A program made the translations under genes and the position numbers. A DNA stretch of 64,000 nt from Bacilli bacterium (GTDB lineage Bacteria; Bacillota_I; Bacilli_A; RF39; UBA660). The stretch covers positions 5,442 to 69,441 of the forward strand of contig JAFUBW010000014.1 of NCBI GenBank assembly GCA_017459965.1, written 5' to 3'. The notes beneath the pieces are model-generated. The model did not search any database, had not been told where the DNA came from, and saw nothing but the letters and a program-made list of their open reading frames with translations. Positions 1 through 9,978 of the stretch are shown in pieces (positions within the stretch are counted from its first letter, which is position 1; the number at the start of each line of letters is the position of its first letter).

Positions 1-1
1 A

Positions 2-436
2 CATGCAGGTGTTATATTGGGCCTTGGTGGAGTAGCATCACATGCATATATTGGTTCAAATCGACATGATGTTGGAATGTATGGAAGACTTAGAGTTCCA
101 TATGATTATTCTGCAGTTACAGCAGCATGTTTAGTAGTATCAAAGAAAAAATATATTGAGGTTGGAAAACTAGAAGAAGAATTAAAGGTTGCCTATAATG
201 ATGTTGATTTTAATATAAAACTATTAGAAAAAGGTTATAACAATATATTTATTCCACAAGTTCAATTATTTCACTATGAATCAAAATCAAGAGGACTTGA
301 TACAACTACTGAAAAATATCAAAGATTTTTATCAGAATCTGATTATATGTGGAAAAAATGGTCTGATCAATTAAATAATGATAAATATTACAATCCTAAT
401 TTTAGTAAAAAAGGATGGTTTGTATTAGATAAATAA
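2..436 (+). CDS. Glycosyltransferase family 2, C-terminal fragment (5' end lies outside the window)
   Basis: The frame is open from the window edge (HAGVILGLGGVASHAY...) to the stop at 434-436. The tail (VAYNDVDFNIKLLEKGYNNIFIPQVQLFHYES) is typical of GT2 C-terminal regions. It sits in a glycosylation cluster. Confidence 0.6.
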   Translation, partial: HAGVILGLGGVASHAYIGSNRHDVGMYGRLRVPYDYSAVTAACLVVSKKKYIEVGKLEEELKVAYNDVDFNIKLLEKGYNNIFIPQVQLFHYESKSRGLDTTTEKYQRFLSESDYMWKKWSDQLNNDKYYNPNFSKKGWFVLDK

Positions 437-492
437 AATAAAGATATTTATTATCTTTATTTTTTTTATTTATAATGATATAATCATTATAG

Positions 493-2610
493 GTGAGTTT
501 TGTGAAAAAAAATATGTTAAATAAAAAGAATATAATAGTTTTGATTTTAACAATAATAACTTCAATATTTTTAACATTAATAATTCAGAATAATAGTATT
601 AATTTAGGTGATGTTTTTAATATAAATATTTGGTTATTATTACTATGTTTAATATTTATGTTCTTTATTGTCTCACATTTTTTATTTAAAATAAATGATA
701 TATATGATTATATATATAAAAAGAGATATATTATTTCAATAATTATTTTATTAATCCTAGTTTTAGGTAAGTTTAATGGTTCATCAATTAGTGTTTGGAA
801 CGACTATATAGAACCATCAAATAATATTGATACTACAATAGTAGGTAATGGAAGATCTATAAGATCTGATGAATGGCTTGTAAATACCCCATATGCATTA
901 TCACAACAATATAATGATTATAATTATTATAATAATCTACCTAGAGCAACAAAAACCGATATGTTTGCATCTATTTTTACGCCAATAAAAGATATATTAA
1001 TAATATCTAGACCATTTAATATAGGTTATTTGTTATTTGGAGAAGAATATGGATTATCATTTTATTGGTATGGAAGATTAATTGCATTATTTCTTGTTTC
1101 ATTTGAAATGTGCATGTTATTAAGTAAAAAGAATAAATTATTTTCATTTGTTGGAGCAATGTTGATTGCTGGTTCTTCAGTTGTTACTTGGTTTTATTCA
1201 AATTATATAGTTGATTTATTAATAAGTGGTCAATTATGCTTATTATTATTTGACAAGTATTTAACTAATAATAAAAAAAGTAATAAAATTATTTTATCCA
1301 TATTAATAGGTTTAACATTTAGTTGGTTTGCGCTTACTATATATCCAGCTTGGCAAATTCCACTTGGATATATGTATTTGGTATTTGCTATATGGATTTT
1401 TATAAAAAATTACAAAAATAATAAATCTATAAAAGACTATTTATATTTATTAATAAGCATTTTAATAATAATGTTTTTTGTATTTAGATTTTTAAAACTT
1501 GGAAAAAATACGATAGATATAATTATGTCTACTGTCTATCCGGGAAAGAGAAATACTTTCGGTGGTGGAGTTTTTAATCTTTTGTTTATATATCCTTATA
1601 CAGTTTTATTTCCATTTAAAAATTTTATTAATCCATGTGAGGTATCAGGTACATTTTCATTATTTCCAATTCCAGTAATTTTATCAATGATATTGATTAT
1701 TAAAAATAGAAAACAAAAAGATGAAAATAAATATAATGTTTTGTTGATTTCGTTGGTAGTATTAAGTATAATATTCACATTATATACTATATTTCCATTC
1801 CCTGGTTTTATAGTAAAATTAACATTATTAAATATGGTACCAGCTAAAAGAATTTTACCAATTATACAAATAATAGATATTTATTTATTAATACTTACAA
1901 TAGGAAAAATAAAACCAAATAAATTAATACATTATATTGTTATTGTAATCATTTGTATTATTATTGGAGTAATAACAATATATTTAGGAAATAAAATAGA
2001 ACCATCATATTTAGTAAATTATAAATATATGTATGTAGCATTATTTATAATGGTTTTTACTATTAGCATTTTATATTTTACTTCAAACAAAAAAATTCCA
2101 TATTACTTATTTTGCTTTATAATGATTCTATTATCGTTAATAAATATTATATTTGTTAATCCTGTTAATATAGGAACAGATGTAATCTATGATAAAAAAG
2201 CATCTAAAGAAATAAAAAAGATTGTTAAACAAGATAAGGATGCTAGATGGATTGCAACTAATAGTTTTGTTTTACCAAATTATGCATTGATGCAAGGTGC
2301 AAAAGTAATAAACAGTACAAATATATATCCAAATTTAAAAATATGGAAAAAAATAGATTATGGTAAAGATGATAGTGATATTTATAATAGATATTCACAT
2401 ATTCAAATTGAATTAACAGAATCACAAACAGATTTTGAATTAATGCAGCCAGATTATTTTAAGTTATATTTAAATTATAATGATATAAAAAAATTAAGAA
2501 TTGATTATATAATTAGTGACAAACAACTTATTTTTCCGGATTATTATATTCAGCATATTAATGAAATATATAATAATGATAATATTTATATTTACAAAAT
2601 AAAGGAGTAG
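493..2610 (+). CDS. Large polytopic membrane protein, candidate GT-C-type glycosyltransferase / polysaccharide-modifying enzyme
   Basis: 705-aa ORF with more than 12 hydrophobic segments and a soluble C-terminal domain. It lies between GT2 genes and is followed 3 nt later by a GtrB-like GT2. The family assignment comes from context only. Confidence 0.5.
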   Translation: MSFVKKNMLNKKNIIVLILTIITSIFLTLIIQNNSINLGDVFNINIWLLLLCLIFMFFIVSHFLFKINDIYDYIYKKRYIISIIILLILVLGKFNGSSISVWNDYIEPSNNIDTTIVGNGRSIRSDEWLVNTPYALSQQYNDYNYYNNLPRATKTDMFASIFTPIKDILIISRPFNIGYLLFGEEYGLSFYWYGRLIALFLVSFEMCMLLSKKNKLFSFVGAMLIAGSSVVTWFYSNYIVDLLISGQLCLLLFDKYLTNNKKSNKIILSILIGLTFSWFALTIYPAWQIPLGYMYLVFAIWIFIKNYKNNKSIKDYLYLLISILIIMFFVFRFLKLGKNTIDIIMSTVYPGKRNTFGGGVFNLLFIYPYTVLFPFKNFINPCEVSGTFSLFPIPVILSMILIIKNRKQKDENKYNVLLISLVVLSIIFTLYTIFPFPGFIVKLTLLNMVPAKRILPIIQIIDIYLLILTIGKIKPNKLIHYIVIVIICIIIGVITIYLGNKIEPSYLVNYKYMYVALFIMVFTISILYFTSNKKIPYYLFCFIMILLSLINIIFVNPVNIGTDVIYDKKASKEIKKIVKQDKDARWIATNSFVLPNYALMQGAKVINSTNIYPNLKIWKKIDYGKDDSDIYNRYSHIQIELTESQTDFELMQPDYFKLYLNYNDIKKLRIDYIISDKQLIFPDYYIQHINEIYNNDNIYIYKIKE

Positions 2611-2613
2611 TGT

Positions 2614-3330
2614 ATGAAGAGAGTTTTGATAATAATACCAGCTTATAATGAAGAAGAGAATATATTAGATACTTATAAGTCTATAATTGATTATAATAAA
2701 AAATATAAGACTAATTATGATGTTATAGTTATAAATGATGGTTCAAAAGACAATACAAGTAAAATATGTCATGAGAATAATATACCTGTTATTGATTTAA
2801 TTAATAACTTAGGTATAGGAGGAGCAGTTCAAACTGGATATAAATATGCATGTTATAGTAATTATGATATAGCAGTGCAATTTGATGGGGATGGACAACA
2901 TGATGTAAATTATGTTAAAGATATAATAAATCCTATTATAAATGATAATGCTGAATTAGTAATTGGATCTAGATTTATTGATAAAAAAGCAGAGGGATTT
3001 AAATCATCATTTTCAAGAAGAGTAGGAATAAAAATAATATCTCATTTAATAAAATTTGCTAGTCATAAAAAAATATATGATACAACATCTGGATTTAGAG
3101 CTTGTAACAAAAAAATAATAAAAGATTTTGCTAATTCTTATCCTAGTGAATATCCCGAACCAGTTACAACAGCTGAAATAATAAAAAAGGGATATAAAGT
3201 TGAAGAGGTTCCAGTAAAGATGAAGGAAAGACAAGGTGGAGAATCTTCAATAAAAGCATGGAAAAATGTATATTATATGCTAAATGTGTCTTTATATTTA
3301 TTAATAATTAAATTTAGGAGGTATAAATAA
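2614..3330 (+). CDS. GT2 polyprenol-phosphate glycosyltransferase (GtrB/CsbB/DPM1-like)
   Basis: Classic GT-A N-terminus (VLIIIPAYNEEENI), then INDGSKDNT and a DGDGQH (DxD-type) motif. At 238 aa its size is typical of bactoprenol glycosyltransferases. Confidence 0.85.
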   Translation: MKRVLIIIPAYNEEENILDTYKSIIDYNKKYKTNYDVIVINDGSKDNTSKICHENNIPVIDLINNLGIGGAVQTGYKYACYSNYDIAVQFDGDGQHDVNYVKDIINPIINDNAELVIGSRFIDKKAEGFKSSFSRRVGIKIISHLIKFASHKKIYDTTSGFRACNKKIIKDFANSYPSEYPEPVTTAEIIKKGYKVEEVPVKMKERQGGESSIKAWKNVYYMLNVSLYLLIIKFRRYK

Positions 3331-3677
3331 TGTCTAAATCTTTAATTATAACTTTAGTTGTAGTTTCAATATGTTTAATAATTATAACTTCTCATTATTT
3401 AAAAAAGGATAGAATTCCAATAAAATATTCTTTATTATGGTACTTGTTTTCTCTTTTGATTTTAGTAGTAGCATTATTTCCAGGTTTATTTACTATTATA
3501 TCTAAAACACTTGGTTTTGAAGCTATGTCAAACATGGTTATAGGTATAATAATAGGTTTATTACTTTTATTAACAATGGCACTAACTATTATGATTGCAG
3601 GTCAAAAGAAAAAAACAATATTGTTAATTCAAGAATTATCATTATTAAAAAGTGAAGTAAAGGAGAAAAATAAATGA
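3330..3677 (+). CDS. Small membrane protein (DUF2304-like), coupled to the GT2 gene
   Basis: The start overlaps the upstream stop (TAATG). 115 aa with 3-4 TM segments. This arrangement is commonly seen after GtrB-like GT2 genes. Confidence 0.55.
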   Translation: MSKSLIITLVVVSICLIIITSHYLKKDRIPIKYSLLWYLFSLLILVVALFPGLFTIISKTLGFEAMSNMVIGIIIGLLLLLTMALTIMIAGQKKKTILLIQELSLLKSEVKEKNK

Positions 3678-4021
3678 AATATATTTTAACAATAATTTAT
3701 CTATTTTGTACAACTGGTGGAATAACTTTTATGAAACTTGGTGGTGATTCTCTTTCATTGTCATTTAAAAATGGATTTACATTTAAAATAGGTGCAGTTA
3801 CATTTTTAGGTTTCTTCTTATATTTAGTAAGTTTTCTTTTATGGCAAAGAATGGTAGTTAAATATGATTTATCAACTATGGTTCCAATAGTAACTGGAAT
3901 AGTTCAAATATTAGTATTATTAGTAGGTCATTTTATATTTAAGGAATCATTAAGTGTAATATCAATTGTTGGAGCAATTCTAATAATAGGTGGAATTATT
4001 TTAATGGCATTTGGTAAATAA
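3674..4021 (+). CDS. Small 4-TM EamA/SMR-like membrane protein, possible lipid-linked sugar flippase subunit
   Basis: 4-nt overlap with the upstream gene. 115 aa with four hydrophobic helices. The function is inferred from context. Confidence 0.5.
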   Translation: MKYILTIIYLFCTTGGITFMKLGGDSLSLSFKNGFTFKIGAVTFLGFFLYLVSFLLWQRMVVKYDLSTMVPIVTGIVQILVLLVGHFIFKESLSVISIVGAILIIGGIILMAFGK

Positions 4022-4036
4022 AAAGAAAAGTATTTA

Positions 4037-5068
4037 TTACTTTTCTTTTTTTATTATATTTGTATAAAATTCTTTCCACATTTTATAAATATTATCTTTA
4101 CTATAAAACTTAGATATATATTTAGCATTTTCAACTGCTTCTTTATATAATTTTTTATCATCTTTTAAATTCTTTATTATTTTTGCAAAATCTTCATTAT
4201 TATCTGCTTTTAAATATTTTTTAAATAATATATCTTCATATAATTCTAAATCTCTTAACAAAATAGGAGTATCAGTAGAACATGCTTCAAGTATAGTCAT
4301 AGGAAATAATTCATTATAAGATGGAACAAATAATAAATCACATGCATTAAATAAATCATTCATATCTGATCTTGGAATTATTCCTAAGAATTTAACATTT
4401 TTAGGAGGATTATCCATAACTTTTTTTAACTTTTCATGACCATCTGTAATTGCACCAAAAGAAAATCCACCAGCCCATATAAATTTAATATCAGGAAGTT
4501 TTTTTGCAACCTCTACAAAATCTAAAACACCTTTTCTGTTTTGTACTTGACCAGCTCCTAAAACTACAAAATCATTTTTATCTAAATTATATTTTTTTCT
4601 AATATCTATTATTTCTTTATCAGTTTTTTTATAAAATTTTTCTTTAGATACAAAATTAGGAATATAAGTTATTTTTTCTTCTTTTAAACCAGCTTTAATC
4701 ATATCTTTTTTAAAAATAGGGTTAACAACTACTAAATTATCAGCACTTTTATAAAAAGAAATAACATATTTTTTAAATATTTTAAAAATAGGTTTAGGAA
4801 GTTTAATTGATCCATCCAAAGTATCAGGTAAAAAATGAACATAAGCTACTGTTGGAACTTTAGCTCTTTTTATTTTTAAATAGTTTCTAGGTTCAACAGT
4901 ATGTGCATGAATAATATCACTATTTTTAATTTTATCATTTAATAGTATTTCAAAAGTATCTTTACCATCTTCCTTTAAAAGCTTCATTAATTCTAAATAT
5001 GCACTTCCAACACCTTGTCCATCAACACTATCTGCCATAGAAAGCATATTAACTCTTATTTTTTTCAT
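4037..5068 (-). CDS. GT-B fold glycosyltransferase (family 4/1-like)
   Basis: 343 aa. The C-terminal half (NRKGVLDF..., FVPSYNELFPMTILEACSTDTPILLRD) matches the conserved Glycos_transf_1 E-x7-E region. Confidence 0.8.
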   Translation of the reverse strand: MKKIRVNMLSMADSVDGQGVGSAYLELMKLLKEDGKDTFEILLNDKIKNSDIIHAHTVEPRNYLKIKRAKVPTVAYVHFLPDTLDGSIKLPKPIFKIFKKYVISFYKSADNLVVVNPIFKKDMIKAGLKEEKITYIPNFVSKEKFYKKTDKEIIDIRKKYNLDKNDFVVLGAGQVQNRKGVLDFVEVAKKLPDIKFIWAGGFSFGAITDGHEKLKKVMDNPPKNVKFLGIIPRSDMNDLFNACDLLFVPSYNELFPMTILEACSTDTPILLRDLELYEDILFKKYLKADNNEDFAKIIKNLKDDKKLYKEAVENAKYISKFYSKDNIYKMWKEFYTNIIKKEK

Positions 5069-5152
5069 TTACATCACCATAATAATTATATCATATATTG
5101 TTGAATAAATAATATAATTTTGTTATTATATATTTATAAGGAGTTGATAAAT

Positions 5153-5950
5153 ATGTATTGTCCAAAATGTGGAGAAAAAAATAATGAAAATGTTAAATAT
5201 TGTTCAAAATGTGGAGCATCTTTAACTGAGGGCGTAAAAGAAACAAATAATAAAAAAGAAGGCTTAGGAACAGCATCATTAGTAATTGGTATTATATCAT
5301 TGATACTATCATTTACATGTATAATACTTTTTCCTATATTTATAACAATACCTCTTTCAATAATTGGTTTAATATTAGGAATAGTTAATAAAGTTAAGAA
5401 AGGAAAAAAAATATCAGGTATAATATTAAATGTATTCGCATTTATAATTTCAATTATATGTTTTATTATTTCAATTGTATTAATAGGTGCTTTAGTGGAT
5501 GAGGCATCAAATAATATAGATAATGATGAATTTAAAAAATCTCTAAATCAATTTTATAATGAACTAGATAGAAGTACATCTGATAATTATGTAGCAGGTA
5601 AATATAATTGTAAAAGTTTTGATGGTTCAGGAGAAAAAGGAGATTATATAGTAAGATTTGAACTTAATAATGATAATACTTTTATGTGGGGAAAATATAA
5701 TGAAACTGATAAAAATTATGTAAAAGGAACTTATACATTTACAGATTTAGATAAAACTAATGGTGATAGATCATATGCTTATTATAATGTTAAACTAGAT
5801 GGTGATGAATATTATAATGAAGGTATTAAACAAGAGGAAGACTATAATTCAGAATATGAATTTGGTATAACTGCAGTTGCTACTAAAAAGCAAGGTATTC
5901 TTATGAATACTAAAACTTATAATATGTATTATTGTTATGAAGAAAAGTAA
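5153..5950 (+). CDS. Zinc-ribbon membrane protein
   Basis: Start chosen at the ATG preceded by AAGGAG. N-terminus is CPKCGEKNNENVKYCSKCG (a CxxC...CxxC zinc ribbon), then 3 TM segments and a soluble C-terminal domain. Confidence 0.6.
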   Translation: MYCPKCGEKNNENVKYCSKCGASLTEGVKETNNKKEGLGTASLVIGIISLILSFTCIILFPIFITIPLSIIGLILGIVNKVKKGKKISGIILNVFAFIISIICFIISIVLIGALVDEASNNIDNDEFKKSLNQFYNELDRSTSDNYVAGKYNCKSFDGSGEKGDYIVRFELNNDNTFMWGKYNETDKNYVKGTYTFTDLDKTNGDRSYAYYNVKLDGDEYYNEGIKQEEDYNSEYEFGITAVATKKQGILMNTKTYNMYYCYEEK

Positions 5951-5991
5951 TTTTCTTCTTTTTTTTGCATATTATAAAGTAGCCATATTTT

Positions 5992-6020
5992 TTGACAAAA
6001 ACACTAAAATATGGTAAGAT
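5992..6020 (+). promoter_or_regulatory. Sigma-A-type promoter for the large ncRNA
   Basis: TTGACA (5992-5997), a 17-nt spacer, then TAAGAT (6015-6020). Confidence 0.55.
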
Positions 6021-6026
6021 TATATG

Positions 6027-6637
6027 CGTATGAAGGGTGCAGTATCCTAGTTGATACATCTATTATGAAGACGAGCCTAAAAATTCGTTAAAGAGCATAC
6101 CTGTGAAACTTCTTGTGCTTGCTTGTTTCGCCCAGATTCGGGTGGGTGCTGGAAGGATAGTTATATGGGGAACTTATAATGGCATATAAGCAGATCCCAT
6201 ATAGCGTAGAGACTTAATCTTGTGCTAAACCGAAAACAGTACGAATTAAGATTAAACCTACTTTGAGGCGAAAGCTTTGGGTAGAGTAGCTTGCCTTGAG
6301 TGAATATATTGGGATTATAAAGAGTGTAAATTAATTAATGGCCAAAATTATTTATACGGATTATTTATATGAAATTGTATTTGCAAAAAAGACTAATAAT
6401 AGATAAATCAGTGAGGAAATCTCCTAGGCTGTATATCAATATAAGTTTGCAGTGCGTACTAAGTGGCAATCAAGTCGTATACTTAGGTGACTGTATATAC
6501 AATCATTAAAGGGGAACCGCTTTTTGGTAACGAAAAGTTGATTCGTGGGAAATCCTACTTGACCTATGACGCAAAGTTAATTATATTGATACCAATCATA
6601 TTTTTAAGTAAACAAACCAGATATAACTGGTTTTTTT
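6027..6637 (+). ncRNA. ole: Large structured ncRNA, OLE (ornate large extremophilic) RNA-like
   Basis: About 610 nt with no ORF and visibly higher GC than the flanks. It contains many nested hairpins, for example atatgggg...cccatat enclosing cttata/tataag, and a GAAA-capped stem at about 6258-6285. It has its own promoter and an intrinsic terminator at 6614-6637. An OapA-like gene follows 25 nt downstream. Confidence 0.6.
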
Positions 6638-6662
6638 ATGTTATAATAGAAGTGGTGATAAA

Positions 6663-7190
6663 ATGAAAAAACAAGAAAGTAGATTTGGTTGGCTTATAAC
6701 AGTATGTGCATTATCTTTTTGTTTATCGATAGTAATGTCATTAACAAGTGAAAGTTTAATACCAAAAATTAATGTTATATTTGGAATTATTATAATATTA
6801 TTATTTATATTTATAGCTATTATATTTGATATGATTGGAGTAGCAATTACTGCACAAGATGAAACACCATTTCATTCAATGGCATCAAAAAAAGTAAAAG
6901 GATCACATCATTCAGTAAAACTTTTAAAAAATTCAGATAAACTAGCTTCTATTTGTAATGATGTAGTAGGAGATGTATGCGGTGTTGTATCTGGTTCTGC
7001 TGGTGTATTAGTTGCAACTACATTATCTGTTAAATTTAATATAAATACATCTTTTATGGTACTTATAATAACAGCCTTAATCGCATCTCTTACAATAACA
7101 GGTAAAGCTTTTGGTAAATCAATCGCAATAAAAAACTCTGAAAAAATAACATTTAGAGTAGGTAAATTTTTAAATTTTTTTAAAAAATAA
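6663..7190 (+). CDS. oapA: OLE-associated membrane protein OapA-like (4 TM, DxxxD motif)
   Basis: 175 aa with four predicted TM helices. NDVVGD gives a DxxxD motif at ORF residues 100-104. It lies immediately downstream of the OLE-like RNA, which is the canonical ole-oapA arrangement. Confidence 0.6.
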   Translation: MKKQESRFGWLITVCALSFCLSIVMSLTSESLIPKINVIFGIIIILLFIFIAIIFDMIGVAITAQDETPFHSMASKKVKGSHHSVKLLKNSDKLASICNDVVGDVCGVVSGSAGVLVATTLSVKFNINTSFMVLIITALIASLTITGKAFGKSIAIKNSEKITFRVGKFLNFFKK

Positions 7191-7252
7191 TGTATAAAAA
7201 AAATTTTTAAGATAATAATATAAATGTCATATGAAAATATGACATATTTGAA

Positions 7253-7281
7253 AAGACCTAATAATTAAATTAGGTCTTTTA
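7253..7281 (+). terminator. Intrinsic terminator after the oapA-like gene
   Basis: aagacctaat / attaggtctt stem followed by a T-run. Confidence 0.6.
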
Positions 7282-7324
7282 TTTAATTGAAAATATGTTA
7301 TTATATATATAAGGTGAGTGTAGT

Positions 7325-7594
7325 ATGAAAGATAAGATTATAGGTATTATATTATTTGTTTTAATTGTATTTATTATATTTGTATTTGTTTCATCAAATA
7401 TAACAATTAATAAATATGATAAAATATCTAAAAATATTGATAAACAAATTGAAAATAAAGAAAGAAAAATTAAAATAAAAGAAAATGAATATAAAAAGAT
7501 AAAAGAAGAAAATATTGCAAAGAAAAAACAATTAGATAATATGAATAATTATATTAATACTTTAAGTGAAAAGGTAAAAGAATATGAAAAATAA
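7325..7594 (+). CDS. Small membrane-anchored coiled-coil protein
   Basis: N-terminal TM helix followed by a K/E-rich coiled-coil-like sequence. It overlaps the next gene by 11 nt. Confidence 0.5.
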   Translation: MKDKIIGIILFVLIVFIIFVFVSSNITINKYDKISKNIDKQIENKERKIKIKENEYKKIKEENIAKKKQLDNMNNYINTLSEKVKEYEK

Positions 7595-8486
7595 AATAGT
7601 ATTTTTAATTTTATCACTAATCTTTATTGTAACAATATCAATAACTGCAATATTTGTAAAAAAAATATATCAAGAAAAAATAATACCTGTTAATGAAAAA
7701 ATTGCTATATATGAAAAATTAGAAAAAAAAGAAAATAAAATAGATAAAAAAATACAAAATGAAATAAGAGAAAGTAAAAATATTCAAAAACAAACAAAAG
7801 AAAATCAAAATACAAAGCAAGAATTAGAAAAAAAATTAAATAAATATCAAGTCACTTATAATAAAAAAGTAATATATTTAACATTTGATGATGGACCTTC
7901 TGAATATACAATGGATATATTAAATACACTGGATAAATATAACATAAAAGCAACTTTTTTTGTAACATGTTCTGATAATTTAGAAAATATTAGTAAAGAA
8001 ATAATTAAAAGAGGCCATACTATCGCACTTCATACTTGTACGCATAAGTATAGTTATGTATATTCATCAGATGAAGCATATTTTGAAGATTTAAATAATA
8101 TTAGTAATTTAGTTTATAAATATACTGGTATTAAAAGCAAATATGTAAGATTACCAGGTGGAAGTTCAAATACAGTTTCAAGAGCCTATAATCTAGGTAT
8201 TATGAGTAGACTATCAAGTTCTCTTCATGAAAAAGGATATAAATATTATGATTGGAATATAGATTCAAATGATGCAGGAGGAGCCAATAGTGAACAAGAA
8301 TATTCAAATGTAATAGGCGCACTTCAAAATAGTGATAGAGATATAAATATGGTACTTATGCATGATACTAAAGTATCAACTAAAGATTCACTAGATGGCA
8401 TAATAAAAGATGCACTTAATTTAGGATATACATTTTCAAATATAAATGAATATACTAAAGAAGTACATCATGGTATTAATAATTAA
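7584..8486 (+). CDS. Polysaccharide deacetylase (NodB homology domain), membrane-anchored
   Basis: N-terminal TM helix, then LTFDDGPS, and later HTCTH and LMHD motifs characteristic of CE4 deacetylases. Confidence 0.8.
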   Translation: MKNKIVFLILSLIFIVTISITAIFVKKIYQEKIIPVNEKIAIYEKLEKKENKIDKKIQNEIRESKNIQKQTKENQNTKQELEKKLNKYQVTYNKKVIYLTFDDGPSEYTMDILNTLDKYNIKATFFVTCSDNLENISKEIIKRGHTIALHTCTHKYSYVYSSDEAYFEDLNNISNLVYKYTGIKSKYVRLPGGSSNTVSRAYNLGIMSRLSSSLHEKGYKYYDWNIDSNDAGGANSEQEYSNVIGALQNSDRDINMVLMHDTKVSTKDSLDGIIKDALNLGYTFSNINEYTKEVHHGINN

Positions 8487-9348
8487 TATCATTAAATAAA
8501 TTTAAAGTTTTAATTTTACCAGAAGATACACATTTTAAATATTTATGTGTATCTTTATTTATAGAAAAACCAAGTAATAATTTATCTAGTTGTGTATTTG
8601 GTTTTTCTTTTTTTATTGTATCTATTATATTAGTATCAAAACTTACTTCAACATCATGCAATTTTAAAGTTTTAAGTAAATGTTTATATAATTTTAATGA
8701 ATTAACAATAGGAGTAGAATATTTATTTCTTTTATCAATATCACTATATAAATATAATAAATGTTTACTTAATATTTGATTAGTTAAAATTAAATCATTT
8801 TCTATATTATTTAGTTTATAAGCTTCAAGAAGTGAAATAACTTCATAATATGCCTCTATATTGGCATTATACTCATTATAAAATCTATCATGATATTTTT
8901 TATAATAAAATGATTTAAAAAATCTATCATCCATAAATTCAATTATTTTACCAAAAGAGAATAACTCTGATCTTAATTTATCATTATTATTTATAATTTC
9001 ATTTTTTTGAATCAAATGATTAATTTCATGATTAATAGTAAATAAATTATAAATATTTCCTAAATTTGGATTATCAAGTTTATATTTATTTTTATCTTCC
9101 TTACTAATTAATTTTAATAAATCAGGTATTTCTTCATCAATATTTTCTTCAAATATTTCTTCACTATTAATAACTAATTCTTTACTTTCTGGATTATAAT
9201 ATGATTCTCCATAATCACATATATTAATAAATGAAACTAAATCTTTTAAATTTTCTTCAGTTATTCTAGTGCTTATATAATCCATTAATTCATTATCACT
9301 AATAATTACATTATTAAAAAGATTATTTTTAATTAAACCATATGACAT
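8476..9348 (-). CDS. Hypothetical protein with an HExxH motif (possible zincin-like)
   Basis: 290-aa ORF containing NHEINHL. No other family signature was recognised. Confidence 0.45.
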   Translation of the reverse strand: MSYGLIKNNLFNNVIISDNELMDYISTRITEENLKDLVSFINICDYGESYYNPESKELVINSEEIFEENIDEEIPDLLKLISKEDKNKYKLDNPNLGNIYNLFTINHEINHLIQKNEIINNNDKLRSELFSFGKIIEFMDDRFFKSFYYKKYHDRFYNEYNANIEAYYEVISLLEAYKLNNIENDLILTNQILSKHLLYLYSDIDKRNKYSTPIVNSLKLYKHLLKTLKLHDVEVSFDTNIIDTIKKEKPNTQLDKLLLGFSINKDTHKYLKCVSSGKIKTLNLFNDINY

Positions 9349-9446
9349 ATTACCACCAACTTTAGTAGTATTATATATAATTAAATAATTATGTCAATGA
9401 ATAAATACTAAAAAATAGATAATAATAAATATAGGAAGGTGATAAT

Positions 9447-9884
9447 ATGGATGAAAATATTGAATTATTAGAATATATTTATAAAAATAGTGAAATGGGT
9501 GTATTTACAATAAAACAATTATTAAAAGATTTAAATGAAAAAGATAATAAAATAAAGGCTTTGGCAGATGATGAAATGAAAGAATATAATAAATTTCAAG
9601 ATGAATCGAAAAAACTAATAAAGAAACATGGTTATGAACTTAAAACAAATGGATTAATGGCAAAAATGGGTTCTTCTATGGGGATAAAAAAAGAGGTTAA
9701 GAACGATAATAGTGATTCTAATATAGCTCACATGTTAACAGAAGGAATTACTATGGGAATAGTAGATATGGAAACTAAATTAAAAAGATATAAAGATACT
9801 GTAGATAAAAAAATATATAATCTTGGTAAAGACTTTTTAAAATTCCAACAAGGTGAAATAGAAAAATTAAAAGAATTCATGTAA
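9447..9884 (+). CDS. Hypothetical helical protein
   Basis: 145-aa ORF preceded by GGAAGGTG. No motif recognised. Confidence 0.5.
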   Translation: MDENIELLEYIYKNSEMGVFTIKQLLKDLNEKDNKIKALADDEMKEYNKFQDESKKLIKKHGYELKTNGLMAKMGSSMGIKKEVKNDNSDSNIAHMLTEGITMGIVDMETKLKRYKDTVDKKIYNLGKDFLKFQQGEIEKLKEFM

Positions 9885-9978
9885 TTCTTTTTTACTTTAC
9901 ATTATATATTTTTTTTAATTGACAAAATTATTTGATAAAGTGTAAAATTGAAGTATAAAATAGAAAAGGAGTAAAAAA

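Noticed and set aside
6027-6637. Alternative identities for the 610-nt structured RNA: RNase P RNA, tmRNA, group II intron, rRNA fragment.
   Set aside because: There is no GAGGAAAGUCC-type CR-I or other universal RNase P blocks; the nearest match is gaggaaatctcc. There is no tRNA-like end or tag ORF for tmRNA. There is no domain V-like motif and no intron-encoded protein. The length, the terminator and the OapA-like neighbour fit OLE better. ROOL/GOLLD-type RNAs cannot be excluded without a covariance-model search.
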